Assembly (NCBI GenBank): GCA_963720565.1
Contig: CAVRFW010000009.1
Coordinates: 320,001 to 384,000 of the forward strand
Length of the DNA: 64,000 nt
Origin: Candidatus Bathyarchaeota archaeon
Lineage (GTDB): Archaea > Thermoproteota > Bathyarchaeia > Bathyarchaeales > Bathycorpusculaceae
Direction of reading: 5' to 3'
Part shown: positions 44,979 through 53,602 of the stretch, piece after piece
Position numbering within the stretch: the stretch's first letter is position 1
How the letters are laid out: each line of letters opens with the position of its first letter
Program-made: the position numbers and the translations under genes
Notes under the pieces: model-generated
Database searches by the model: none
Seen by the model: the letters and a program-made list of their open reading frames with translations, nothing else
What the model was told of the DNA's origin: nothing

Positions 44979-46271
44979 ATGTGGTTTGGGGAAAACTTAA
45001 AGCCTCTAAGCCTGCTATCTGAGTATTCATCGGAGGATGCTGCAGTGCTTAATCAGAAGCTTTTTCACGAAATTGAAAAGTTGGAGGCGCAGATGGTTGA
45101 AACGCTGATGGAGCTGGTCCGGATTCCGGCAATAGGGCCTGAAAACGGGGGCGACGGAGAATCCAGGAAGGCTGAAAAACTCGAGAAAATATTAAGTGCC
45201 GCTGGTTTTGACAAGATCGACCATTTCGATGCGGAGGATTCTCGGGTTTCTTCTGGAAAACGGCCCAATCTGGTTGCCTATTCTTATGGAGACAACGACG
45301 CCGCAAGGCTTTGGATAGTTACCCACATAGACGTTGTTCCAGCGGGAGATGAAACGCTTTGGACGGTTACAAAACCTTTTGAGCCAGTTTTGAAGGAGAA
45401 TCGTGTTTACGGCAGAGGCGCCGAGGACAACGGGCAATCGCTTATTGCTTCGTTGTTTGCCCTAAAAGCTATGAAGCGGTTAGGATTGAAACCGAAAAGG
45501 ACTGTTGCTCTGGCTTTTGTTTCGGATGAAGAACAAGGAAACAAGTTAGGCATTCAGCATCTGATAAAGAAAGGGCTTTTCAGAAAAGACGATTTGATCG
45601 TGGTTCCTGACGGCGGTAGCCCAGATGGGGGCTTCATAGAAGTGGCTGAGAAGAGCATTCTATGGTTCAGGCTTCACACGTTGGGAAAACAGACTCATGC
45701 TAGCCTTCCCAATAAAGGCTTAAACGCGCACCGAGTCGGCATGCGGGTTGCCCTAGCGTTGGACACGATGCTGCATGAGAAGTACCCTATCAAGGATGAG
45801 CGGTTCGACGTGCCAGAAAGCACTTTTGAAATCACCAAGAAAGAAAACAACGTTGACGCAGTAAACGTAATCCCCGGCGAGGACACCGTGTACTTTGACT
45901 GCCGGATTCTACCCATCTATGATGTCGACAGAGTTCTCGCAGAAATCAAAAGAGTAGTGGCTGCTTACGAGAAAGAGACGGGCGCAAAAATCACTCTTGA
46001 CATTCTGCAAAAACAAGTCTCGCCAAAAACGAGAGATGACACCTCAGAGATCGCGGTTCTCCTAAAGAAAGCGGTTAAGGCGTCGAGAGGAATAGAAGCA
46101 CGAGTCGGTGGTCTTGGTGGAGGAACTTGCGCTGCTTTCTTCAGAAAAGCGGGCTTTCCCGCCGTGGTTTGGAGCACCGTAGATGAGGTAGCTCATCAAT
46201 CCAACGAGTATTCCAAAGTGGGCAATATTGTGAATGATGCTAAGGTGTTTGCGTTGCTGGCTTTGAGCTAG
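44979..46271 (+). CDS. M20 family metallohydrolase (DapE/ArgE-like); true start possibly about 45046
   Basis: HIDVVP, GRGAEDNG, DEE, HAS, GGGT, AHQ.NE. Confidence 0.9.
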   Translation: MWFGENLKPLSLLSEYSSEDAAVLNQKLFHEIEKLEAQMVETLMELVRIPAIGPENGGDGESRKAEKLEKILSAAGFDKIDHFDAEDSRVSSGKRPNLVAYSYGDNDAARLWIVTHIDVVPAGDETLWTVTKPFEPVLKENRVYGRGAEDNGQSLIASLFALKAMKRLGLKPKRTVALAFVSDEEQGNKLGIQHLIKKGLFRKDDLIVVPDGGSPDGGFIEVAEKSILWFRLHTLGKQTHASLPNKGLNAHRVGMRVALALDTMLHEKYPIKDERFDVPESTFEITKKENNVDAVNVIPGEDTVYFDCRILPIYDVDRVLAEIKRVVAAYEKETGAKITLDILQKQVSPKTRDDTSEIAVLLKKAVKASRGIEARVGGLGGGTCAAFFRKAGFPAVVWSTVDEVAHQSNEYSKVGNIVNDAKVFALLALS

Positions 46272-46334
46272 CATGTTTGGTAGCGTAACGATTTTAAGCC
46301 CTGACTGCTTGTCATTCTCAGCACTCCAATCGGC

Positions 46335-47039
46335 GTGATTGCATTGAGTAGAACTTCGCAGACAATTTGTCAGGCTAGACTTGAAGGTCGGAAAGCCTTG
46401 CTGGAACCAGAAGCTAACAACATCTGCATGGAATACGGTATTCCCGTTGCCGCATTTAAGCTCGCCAAAAACGAAGACGAAGCAGTCAAATCAGCGGAAC
46501 AGTTGGGTTATCCCGTGGTTTTGAAGATTGTATCTCCTGACATACTTCACAAGTCAGACGTTGGTGGCGTTATCGTTAATCTGAGAAGCATTGCTGAAGT
46601 CAGGAGTGCTTACGCCAAGATCTTAGAAAACGCCAAGAAATACAATCCTGCAGTCCAAGTCACCGGTGTTTTGGTGCAAGAGATGGCTCCCAAGTCGACC
46701 GAGGTAATAGTGGGCGCAATAAAAGACTCTCAGTTTGGACAAACCCTGATGTTTGGGCTGGGAGGAATCTTCGTTGAACTCTTGAAAGATGTCACCCTAA
46801 AAATAGCTCCCATAACGGAGGCTGAAGCCGTGGAAATGATAACTGGAGTGAAAGCCTACCCCATTCTGAAAGGCTACCGGAACACGTTACCAGTTGATGT
46901 TGATGCCATAAAGGCGATTCTGCTTAGCACTTCGAGACTTGTTATGGAGAACCCGGAAATCAAGGAACTAGACTTGAACCCGGTCATGGTTTACGAGAAA
47001 GGCGCGAAAGCTGTAGACGCGCGAATCATACTGGAATAA
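46335..47039 (+). CDS. acdB: Acetate-CoA ligase (ADP-forming) beta subunit
   Basis: GYPVVLKIVSPDILHKSDVGGV, FGLGGIFVE, ELDLNP, VDARI. Confidence 0.9.
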   Translation: MIALSRTSQTICQARLEGRKALLEPEANNICMEYGIPVAAFKLAKNEDEAVKSAEQLGYPVVLKIVSPDILHKSDVGGVIVNLRSIAEVRSAYAKILENAKKYNPAVQVTGVLVQEMAPKSTEVIVGAIKDSQFGQTLMFGLGGIFVELLKDVTLKIAPITEAEAVEMITGVKAYPILKGYRNTLPVDVDAIKAILLSTSRLVMENPEIKELDLNPVMVYEKGAKAVDARIILE

Positions 47040-47140
47040 ACAACGCAATAGCCTGTAAAATATGCCTCCTCATGGGACAAAAGCAGAAGCACAGCGTTAA
47101 AATTATATCTTAATGTATTTACTATTCAAGTCTCTGTTGA

Positions 47141-47215
47141 GGGTCCGTGGCGCAGTACGGATAGCGCGTCAGCCTTCTAAGCTGAAAGTCATGGGTTCAA
47201 ATCCCATCGGACCCG
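47141..47215 (+). tRNA. tRNA-Arg(TCT)
   Basis: GGGTCCG/CGGACCC acceptor, TCAGC-CTTCTAA-GCTGA anticodon arm, ATGGG-TTCAAAT-CCCAT T arm; no intron, no CCA. Confidence 0.96.
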
Positions 47216-47217
47216 CT

Positions 47218-47478
47218 TCAAATCTCAAATTCTGACTTGAATTGGGGAGTTTCTGGGTCAATAACTTTGCTTGTAGATGATTGACCTTGGTCAAGCTTGC
47301 TTAATTCCCCAAGTTTCTCCTTGACATATTCAATTGATTGTTTGTGGTAGTGGAATCCTTGTTTGTTCTTGTGTCTGGCTCTAGCGTAGCCTACGCTTCC
47401 ATCTTTACGGTAGAAAACTTGGATTGAACTGGGTTCTCCACATTCTGAGCATTCAAACCTGTAACATTTGATTTTCAA
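47218..47478 (-). CDS. Small Zn-finger/beta-sheet protein abutting the tRNA 3' end; possible intN fragment of an SSV-type integrase
   Basis: CSECG..YARARH..FHYH; a 1-nt shift continues NSSQNLRFEAGPMGFEPMTFSLEG through the tRNA antisense. Confidence 0.6.
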   Translation of the reverse strand: MKIKCYRFECSECGEPSSIQVFYRKDGSVGYARARHKNKQGFHYHKQSIEYVKEKLGELSKLDQGQSSTSKVIDPETPQFKSEFEI

Positions 47479-47608
47479 TCTTTACAACTCCAAATATTTG
47501 GTTCCCTGGAGTGGTCAATTCTGCTTATAAGGACCATTAAAGAACAATTTTGGAGCCTAAATGAGCTGAAGCTAAACCTAATTAGATGCTTCCAATGAAT
47601 AGGAAATT

Positions 47609-47914
47609 ATGCACAAGATGGTCCAGTATGCAATAACAGTTAACATCATATTGGCTTTGGCATTTGTTTATGGTAACTTTTCACTCTGGAGTTTTGTAAA
47701 TGCTGAGTACCCACTTCTGATTGCTAGCCATTGGAGTCCATTCCTAATTACTGCTCCACATTATTATTATAGTAACGGCGACCTTTCAATAGCTACAACA
47801 CTCTTCTTGGCATTCAATACACCATTTTGGATTTTCTGGATTATGTTAGCAGTAAACTTGGGCTTTATCATCTTGCTTGGAAGAAACAAAGAGGCAAAAC
47901 AAAACACAACATAG
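47609..47914 (+). CDS. Small two-TM membrane protein, array family A
   Basis: VNIILALAFV..LWSF..WSPF..NTPFW..NLGFI..GRNKEAKQNTT. Confidence 0.75.
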   Translation: MHKMVQYAITVNIILALAFVYGNFSLWSFVNAEYPLLIASHWSPFLITAPHYYYSNGDLSIATTLFLAFNTPFWIFWIMLAVNLGFIILLGRNKEAKQNTT

Positions 47915-47985
47915 AGTGCATCATTTTTTAGTGCGATCTAAAACAGTTTGACTGGTTGGGAAAAATGTGCGAATCTATGGTTACG

Positions 47986-48155
47986 TTAAGAGAACTTGTG
48001 AAGCTTCTTTATTGCATTCTCCAACCAACCCCAAGGGTTGCCTTCTAACCAAATCGGACTCTTGGGTTCTTCTGTCTGTTTGAAGAACTCTTTTAATCGC
48101 TTGACAAGTTTGTCAAGCCAAAGCCACGGATTGTCAAACCATGTACTTCAGGCAT
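47986..48155 (-). CDS. Small protein with duplicated NPWxWL motif (frameshift near start)
   Basis: WFDNPWLWLDKLVKRLKEFF..GNPWGWLENAIKKLHKFS*. Confidence 0.45.
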
Positions 48156-48197
48156 TTTCTCATCAACTAAAGCATATAACTCATGCCATACTCTTTT

Positions 48198-48225
48198 TGG
48201 TGCGTAGAGAAAACTTTACGGAAAA
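48198..48225 (+). repeat. dif-like 28-bp site, copy 1
   Basis: TGGTGCGTAGA-GAAAAC-TTTACGGAAAA. Confidence 0.85.
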
Positions 48226-48257
48226 TCTTAAAAGCCAATAGCCTTAAAGTTGTAGCC

Positions 48258-48517
48258 ATGTCAAAGCAATTGATGTTGATGGTTTTGTTTAATGCGTTGA
48301 TATGTCTGCTCTATGTGTTTTTCCATGTTTACCTTTCTACACAATCTAGCTATGTAGCGATGGAGGCTTTTTGCTTGGATGCACATGGAGCTGACCCAGC
48401 CTTTTGGACCACGCATTCGGAACTACTTTACTTGGCTATTCGTATTATCAACTTTGGCAAACCTGTACTTCATCATCAAGCTGGGAAGAGGCAGAGAGTG
48501 CAAAACAAAGCGCATAG
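48258..48517 (+). CDS. Array family A membrane protein (frameshifted)
   Basis: MSKQLMLMVLFNALICLLYV..RNYFTWLF..NLYFIIKLGR..AKQSA*. Confidence 0.6.
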
Positions 48518-48534
48518 AGTTCCTTATTCTTTTT

Positions 48535-48562
48535 TGTTGCGTAAAGAAAACTTTACTGAAAA
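48535..48562 (+). repeat. dif-like 28-bp site, copy 2
   Basis: TGTTGCGTAAA-GAAAAC-TTTACTGAAAA (perfect GTAAAG/CTTTAC dyad). Confidence 0.85.
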
Positions 48563-48596
48563 TCTTAAATCTGCAAAAAGTAGAAATAATCTAAAC

Positions 48597-48793
48597 ATGG
48601 GCTATAAGGGCTTACTGAGTTTTGCGTTGGTGGAGTCTTCCTTAACATTGCACTAAATATCATGTTATCTAGTTTTTTGGAAATGATGTTGCATTGATGG
48701 CTGTTCTGGTATGGTGTGCAGCATTGAGTTTTGTTGGTTTTCTGTTGTTGGGCTATGGACTAAATCAGAGAGGCAAAACAAAACACAACATAG
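48597..48793 (+). pseudogene. Short hydrophobic ORF (frameshifted) ending in the family-A tail
   Basis: MGYKGLLSFAL.. and 3' AGAGGCAAAACAAAACACAACATAG identical to the 47609 gene tail. Confidence 0.5.
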
Positions 48794-48803
48794 AGTGTAC
48801 AGT

Positions 48804-48831
48804 TCACTGGTAGAGAAAACTTTGCACAAAA
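48804..48831 (+). repeat. dif-like 28-bp site, copy 3 (divergent)
   Basis: TCACTGGTAGA-GAAAAC-TTTGCACAAAA. Confidence 0.75.
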
Positions 48832-48871
48832 ACTAAATCTCAAAACATCTTCTATTACTCTGGGTGAGTAC

Positions 48872-49213
48872 ATGTCTAAGTGGCATGTGTTTGTTGCAAT
48901 AGTGTTAGTTTTCAATGTGTTAGCGGGAGTAGGTTTTGTTTTGCAAACAATATGTTGTGGGACTACCTGAATAAGCAAATTAATGAAGTAGGAGGTAACA
49001 AAGGGGAAGGTAATTTTGTGATACCGTTCATTTTGGATTCTGGTCTTCATGTGACTGTGGGTCATGAGTTTTGGTTTGAGAATGGGACTCTTGTTAACCT
49101 TGGACCTCTTCCAATAGGAGTTCCTAATTATTCCTTTCATTGTTTTCTGGGTTTACGCGGTGGGTAACTTGGGTTTCATAGCGTGTGCACGAGTTTTCAT
49201 GAAACAGGATTGA
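48872..49213 (+). CDS. Array family A membrane protein (frameshifted)
   Basis: MSKWHVFVAIVLVFNVLAGV..NNMLWDYL..VPNYSF..GNLGFI. Confidence 0.6.
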
Positions 49214-49269
49214 GCAGATTGCTAAGAAGAATGGAGACAGGATTGAGCAGATTGCTAAAAAGAATGGAG
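49204..49269 (+). repeat. 33-bp tandem duplication
   Basis: ACAGGATTGAGCAGATTGCTAA(G/A)AAGAATGGAG twice, one mismatch. Confidence 0.9.
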
Positions 49270-49310
49270 AATAGAACAGCGAAATAGAGAAACATCATAA
49301 TTCAAGCTTT

Positions 49311-49338
49311 TGGTGCGTAGAGAAAACTTTACTGTGTA
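49311..49338 (+). repeat. dif-like 28-bp site, copy 4
   Basis: TGGTGCGTAGA-GAAAAC-TTTACTGTGTA; similarity to copy 7 extends about 60 bp further. Confidence 0.85.
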
Positions 49339-49403
49339 TTCATAAAAACCAAATATCCACAAATTTAACAGTTGAATGCTTAAGCCCTGCAGGAAGTCTA
49401 GCG

Positions 49404-49742
49404 TTGAAACATCCTAAACTTGTTTATGGAATCGTTGCAGTTTTGGGATTGTTCCTTCTGATTACACTTTTTTCTGTGGCTTTTCGGAATTCAATCAATT
49501 ATGGTTCAGGAGAGAATGTAATACTACCTCTTGATTTTATCTGGTTTTCGTTAATAGGTGGAACAATTTTCTTTACAGTTGGAACTTGCGGAGTTGGAAG
49601 GCAATACCTTAGGAACAGTCAAAACCCATTTACACGCAGGTCCGCAGACTCATATACGGTGCTTGCTGCAATTCTAATTCTGTCAATTGTATCTGTCCTG
49701 TTTCTGTATTTTTGGATGGGCAGCCTAACAGTTGGATTCTAA
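49404..49742 (+). CDS. Small three-TM membrane protein, array family B
   Basis: MKHPKLVYGIVAVLG..GVGRQY..LFLYFW. Confidence 0.75.
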   Translation: MKHPKLVYGIVAVLGLFLLITLFSVAFRNSINYGSGENVILPLDFIWFSLIGGTIFFTVGTCGVGRQYLRNSQNPFTRRSADSYTVLAAILILSIVSVLFLYFWMGSLTVGF

Positions 49743-49762
49743 AATCACTATGGAGCTAAACG

Positions 49763-50077
49763 ATGAAACATCCCAAGCTTGTTAATGGTTTTGTTGCAGT
49801 TTTGGGAATTGTTCTTCTAACAATATTCTTTCTCATTCTAAGAACTCTGTTTGGAGTTCCTTTTGGGATGTTTGAACTTTGGGTTTTTAGCTCACTGTTG
49901 GTATGTTTTGTCATTAATGGAATAATTGGCACAGCTGGAATACTTGGAGTTGGAAGGCGATATTTCAAAGATAATCAGAAGTTTGTGCCTGCTGTCCTTT
50001 TGATTCAATCATCATTGACCATAATCTTGTTATATATGTCGCTGGTACTCCCTCTTTCCAGAGTATATCTCCTCTAA
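49763..50077 (+). CDS. Small three-TM membrane protein, array family B
   Basis: MKHPKLVNGFVAVLG..GVGRRYF; tandem paralogue of 49404. Confidence 0.75.
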   Translation: MKHPKLVNGFVAVLGIVLLTIFFLILRTLFGVPFGMFELWVFSSLLVCFVINGIIGTAGILGVGRRYFKDNQKFVPAVLLIQSSLTIILLYMSLVLPLSRVYLL

Positions 50078-50131
50078 AAGGAAATCCATACACCATATTC
50101 AATTGTTGAAAAATCAATATGGGATAATGCG

Positions 50132-50611
50132 TTATTCTTTTTTGGTGCGTAGAGGAAACTTTGCTTTGTATAAAATCAAGATTCCACAAGCTATGGTGAC
50201 AAGTCCAGATGCTAGAAATTCTATTTGAACTAGAACAAAGTACATTATTAAGAGATTGATAGTGGGAAGAAGCAAAATGCAGCCTAATACCTGAAATCCT
50301 ACGCCCATCGCGTTGCTGGGTTGCTGTGATGTTATTGAACCGTATGTCAGCATTACTATTCCGCATGTTAGAGCAAAAAGTCCTAGTATTGCGTACGGAA
50401 AGACAACAAGGATAAAGTCTGGATAATAAATAAATCCAGAAACAACTATTTGGGAAAGTCCAGTGATGCCCCAGAACAAGGCTACTTTTCGATAGTGTGC
50501 TGGGTATCCTAGCAAGGCAACTATTCCTGCTATGATGAATGCTCCCATTAGCCATGTATAATACTGTACATAATCCCACATTGGAGGAATTGGGACAGGT
50601 GAAAATGACAT
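50132..50611 (-). CDS. Multi-TM membrane protein in opposite orientation (start 50611 preferred to 50722)
   Basis: MSFSPVPIPPMWDYVQ.., about five TM segments; its last codons KAKFPLRTKKE are read from site copy 5. Confidence 0.7.
   Translation of the reverse strand: MSFSPVPIPPMWDYVQYYTWLMGAFIIAGIVALLGYPAHYRKVALFWGITGLSQIVVSGFIYYPDFILVVFPYAILGLFALTCGIVMLTYGSITSQQPSNAMGVGFQVLGCILLLPTINLLIMYFVLVQIEFLASGLVTIACGILILYKAKFPLRTKKE
50143..50170 (+). repeat. dif-like 28-bp site, copy 5
   Basis: TGGTGCGTAGA-GGAAAC-TTTGCTTTGTA. Confidence 0.8.
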
Positions 50612-50682
50612 GCTAATTGCAACTGCTCTTAGTGTTTGTTTTCTATGTGTCTTCTTATTATGATAGTTTTGCTTAAGAAATT

Positions 50683-50710
50683 TGGTGTGTAGAGATAACT
50701 TTTCAGAAAA
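50683..50710 (+). repeat. dif-like 28-bp site, copy 6
   Basis: TGGTGTGTAGA-GATAAC-TTTTCAGAAAA. Confidence 0.8.
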
Positions 50711-50751
50711 ATTAAATCCCAAATGCTCTTCTATTGTATCAGGGTGGGTCC

Positions 50752-51066
50752 GTGTTTAAACAGCTGAAACTTGTTATTTTGGTTAATGTTGTGTTGGGTT
50801 TGCTTTTTGTTATTTCTGACTATTTTTTATGGAGTTTTATTCGTTGGGAGAGCTGGAGTTACAATGGTGCAGTGCCAAGTTGGTCTCCTCTATTCATAAC
50901 ACCTACTTACCAGCCACCAATTGAGCCAAGACCTTACATTTTAGCACCTACTCCAGTGCCACATCTGAATATTCCTTTTCTACTGTTCTTGGCAATGTTT
51001 GTAACAAACATGTACTTCATGGTTAAGCTTGGAAGAAACAAAGAGGCAAAACAAAACATAACCTAG
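50752..51066 (+). CDS. Array family A membrane protein
   Basis: VNVVLGLLFV..LWSFI..WSPLF..NIPFL..NMYFM..GRNKEAKQNIT. Confidence 0.75.
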   Translation: MFKQLKLVILVNVVLGLLFVISDYFLWSFIRWESWSYNGAVPSWSPLFITPTYQPPIEPRPYILAPTPVPHLNIPFLLFLAMFVTNMYFMVKLGRNKEAKQNIT

Positions 51067-51079
51067 AGTGTGATTGGAA

Positions 51080-51226
51080 ATGAGCGATTCTAAACCAGTA
51101 AGATGCCAAAAATGTGGAAGACCTGTGGGCTACATTACTGTGTTAGTTAAAGGTCTGATGGGCTTGCAGCAGCCTATACATGATTTAAAAATTTTAGCAG
51201 TTTGCATGGACTGTTCAAAAAAGTGA
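51080..51226 (+). CDS. Small Zn-ribbon protein (48 aa, not in ORF track)
   Basis: MSDSKPVRCQKCGRPVG..AVCMDCSKK. Confidence 0.65.
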   Translation: MSDSKPVRCQKCGRPVGYITVLVKGLMGLQQPIHDLKILAVCMDCSKK

Positions 51227-51278
51227 GTGGCTCAAGCTTTCAACACAGAGCTAGCTTTCAGAAACACAAATGAAGTTT

Positions 51279-51306
51279 TGGTGCGTAGAGAAAACTTTAC
51301 TGTGTA
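51279..51306 (+). repeat. dif-like 28-bp site, copy 7
   Basis: TGGTGCGTAGA-GAAAAC-TTTACTGTGTA, identical to copy 4. Confidence 0.85.
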
Positions 51307-51441
51307 TTCATAAAAATCAAATATTCACAACTTTAGCCAATTGACTGCTTAAGCCTCGCAGGAAAATCGTTAAACATTTAGTGTCTGTTTGAGGTATTGG
51401 GAATTAGGAGGCAGTCTCAAAGATAATCGAGGACTATTTAC

Positions 51442-51852
51442 ATGTACTGTTCTCATAATTCCATTTTGCATCTTTGCTTATTTCATGGCAATATGGTGGG
51501 TGGTCTAACCATTGCAAAAATCAGGAAAAAGAGAAATGGATTCATGGCAGTCTTGGGAATTGTTTTTCTAATCTTTGTTGCTCTGCCTTGGAGTCTTGCT
51601 GATTGGTTTGACCTATTGGCATTTGTGCACTCCAAACAGCTTCTTGAGGATGTTTCTAGTGGTATTCGCACATTCTTGTTCTTCTTTGGCGGAATACTTT
51701 TTCTAGCTCTTGGAATATTTGGAATTGGAAAGCAATATTTCTTCAAAAACATGTCTAAAAGGTTGTTTTGGTTTCATGTTGTTTTAGTTTTATTGCTCAT
51801 CTTTAGCTTGTTTTTTTATTTTTGGAGTAAAGCACTATCCATTGGATGCTAA
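51442..51852 (+). CDS. Array family B membrane protein (true start probably further downstream)
   Basis: NGFMAVLGIVF..GIGKQYF..LFFYFW..LSIG. Confidence 0.7.
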   Translation: MYCSHNSILHLCLFHGNMVGGLTIAKIRKKRNGFMAVLGIVFLIFVALPWSLADWFDLLAFVHSKQLLEDVSSGIRTFLFFFGGILFLALGIFGIGKQYFFKNMSKRLFWFHVVLVLLLIFSLFFYFWSKALSIGC

Positions 51853-51889
51853 AGCGCGCGCGGTTTCTGCATTTGGTTGTGTGTGCTTC

Positions 51890-52120
51890 TTAGGGTACAA
51901 CCAGCACGGTTTGAGTTGCACGTATGTTTGTGATTGTTCTTATTTTGTAAGTAATGATGTGTTTGAGTCTATCCATTGTTTCTGTTTTCACCTTTGCAAC
52001 AATATCATAAACTCCGTACACCATTCCAGCTTCTTCCACGCCCTCTATTGCTTTTACTTTTTTAAGAACCTCTGGCATCGCTGCTGGTTCAGTGTTTATG
52101 AAAACGAAGGCCGTTGGCAA
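51890..52120 (-). CDS. Stand-alone Lrp/AsnC ligand-binding (RAM) domain protein
   Basis: AFVFINTE..V..VYGVYDIVAKV..IR...TQTL. Confidence 0.88.
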   Translation of the reverse strand: MPTAFVFINTEPAAMPEVLKKVKAIEGVEEAGMVYGVYDIVAKVKTETMDRLKHIITYKIRTITNIRATQTVLVVP

Positions 52121-52315
52121 AAAAATCTCCTCGAAATTATAACTATGTACGTTCTGGTATTTTTCAGTGTCGCTTGTTGGGGAATTTGGTTATTGGCTTT
52201 CGATTCGCGTGGTATAATGATTGCGTAAAATTCGAGAAAGAAAATCGGCATCGTTAATTCGCATTAAATCCTTTTATTTTGTAGAGCTGAAGTAAATTGC
52301 AGCGTGAAGACTTAG

Positions 52316-53602
52316 TTGTCAGGGGAAACAGAAACGGATACTCAAACGAAGCTGCGCCGGTCGCTTGGATTGTTTGATGCCTTTTCCATCGGCATAAATG
52401 CAATAGTCGGCGCGGGCATATTCGTCGTTATAGGAATAGCAGCTGGAGCTGCTGGACCAGCCCTCATAGTATCAGTAGCAATCGGGTTCTTCATTTCGGC
52501 TCTCACCGCCACGAGCTTCATCCAACTCAGCAAGAAGATTCCCAGAGAAGGCGGCGCGTACGCTTTCACACATGAACTGATGCCAGCTCCCATAGGGTTT
52601 ATTTCAGGCTGGTTATGGGTATTCTCAAACACGATAGCCGGCGCTGCAGTCGCGATAAGTTTCGCACAGTACCTTTCATTTCTAATCCCAGCGTTTGACC
52701 CGCGAATCTACGCGGTAATAGTGTCGATATTGTTCACCATCGTAAATTACTACAGCGCGAAAGCATCAGCCCTCATGGGTAACGCTATCAACGTTCTCAA
52801 GCTTGGAATACTCTTCTTCTTCGTGGTTCTCGGAATTTTCTTTTTCCGAATGGACAATTTCTTACCGTTTGCTCCCAACGGAGCCATCGGCGTGCTTGGC
52901 GGTACGTCGCTCATTTTTTTTGCGTTCACCGGGTTTGCCAGAATCACCACGGTTTCCGAGGAGGTAGTGGACCCTGAAAAAACAGTTCCTCGTGCAACCT
53001 TCTTGTCCTTGGTGGTTTCAGCAATTATCTATCTGCTCGTGGTGTTTGTCGCGATTGGTCTTGTCGGGGCACCCGCTATTGGGAGCTCTGGATCTCCGTT
53101 AGCAGACGCTATTGCGGTGACTGGATTACCCGTTGCAGTCTTCATCATAACGATTGGGGCGCTCGTCGCCACCTCGGGCGTATTGTTGACTTCAGTTCTA
53201 GGTGTCTCAAGAGTGATGTATGCAATGGCAAAGAACGGAGATTTACCCTCATTTCTTGGAAAAATCCACCCGAAAAGAGGCGTCCCCTACTACGCCATCA
53301 TAGTCTCGGGAGTCTTAATGACACTGTTGGCAGCTTCGAATGACCTTGCGCTCGTCGTGAATGTTAGCAACGTGAGCTCTCTGCTCTACTATGCTTTGTC
53401 AAATGCAAGCGCCACAAAACTAAAAATTAGCCACAGAATGACCGTCATATCGATTATGGGTGTCGTTTCGTGTTTAGTTCTGCTGTTTTTCCTGACACTT
53501 CAATCGCTAATCTTGACTTCTGTAATTGTAGCCTTAGGCATTGGGTACTACATGACAAGACGTGTCTGTTCACGTGAAGGCAACATTAAGCAACATTACT
53601 AA
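52316..53602 (+). CDS. APC family amino-acid permease
   Basis: LRRSLGL, GAGIF, EGGAY, FFAFTGF..EEV.DP, SRVMYAMA. Confidence 0.92.
   Translation: MSGETETDTQTKLRRSLGLFDAFSIGINAIVGAGIFVVIGIAAGAAGPALIVSVAIGFFISALTATSFIQLSKKIPREGGAYAFTHELMPAPIGFISGWLWVFSNTIAGAAVAISFAQYLSFLIPAFDPRIYAVIVSILFTIVNYYSAKASALMGNAINVLKLGILFFFVVLGIFFFRMDNFLPFAPNGAIGVLGGTSLIFFAFTGFARITTVSEEVVDPEKTVPRATFLSLVVSAIIYLLVVFVAIGLVGAPAIGSSGSPLADAIAVTGLPVAVFIITIGALVATSGVLLTSVLGVSRVMYAMAKNGDLPSFLGKIHPKRGVPYYAIIVSGVLMTLLAASNDLALVVNVSNVSSLLYYALSNASATKLKISHRMTVISIMGVVSCLVLLFFLTLQSLILTSVIVALGIGYYMTRRVCSREGNIKQHY

Noticed and set aside
48198..51306. The 28-bp repeats as a CRISPR array
   Set aside because: Spacing is 269-832 bp and irregular, the intervals contain genes, the copies are degenerate, and no cas genes are present.
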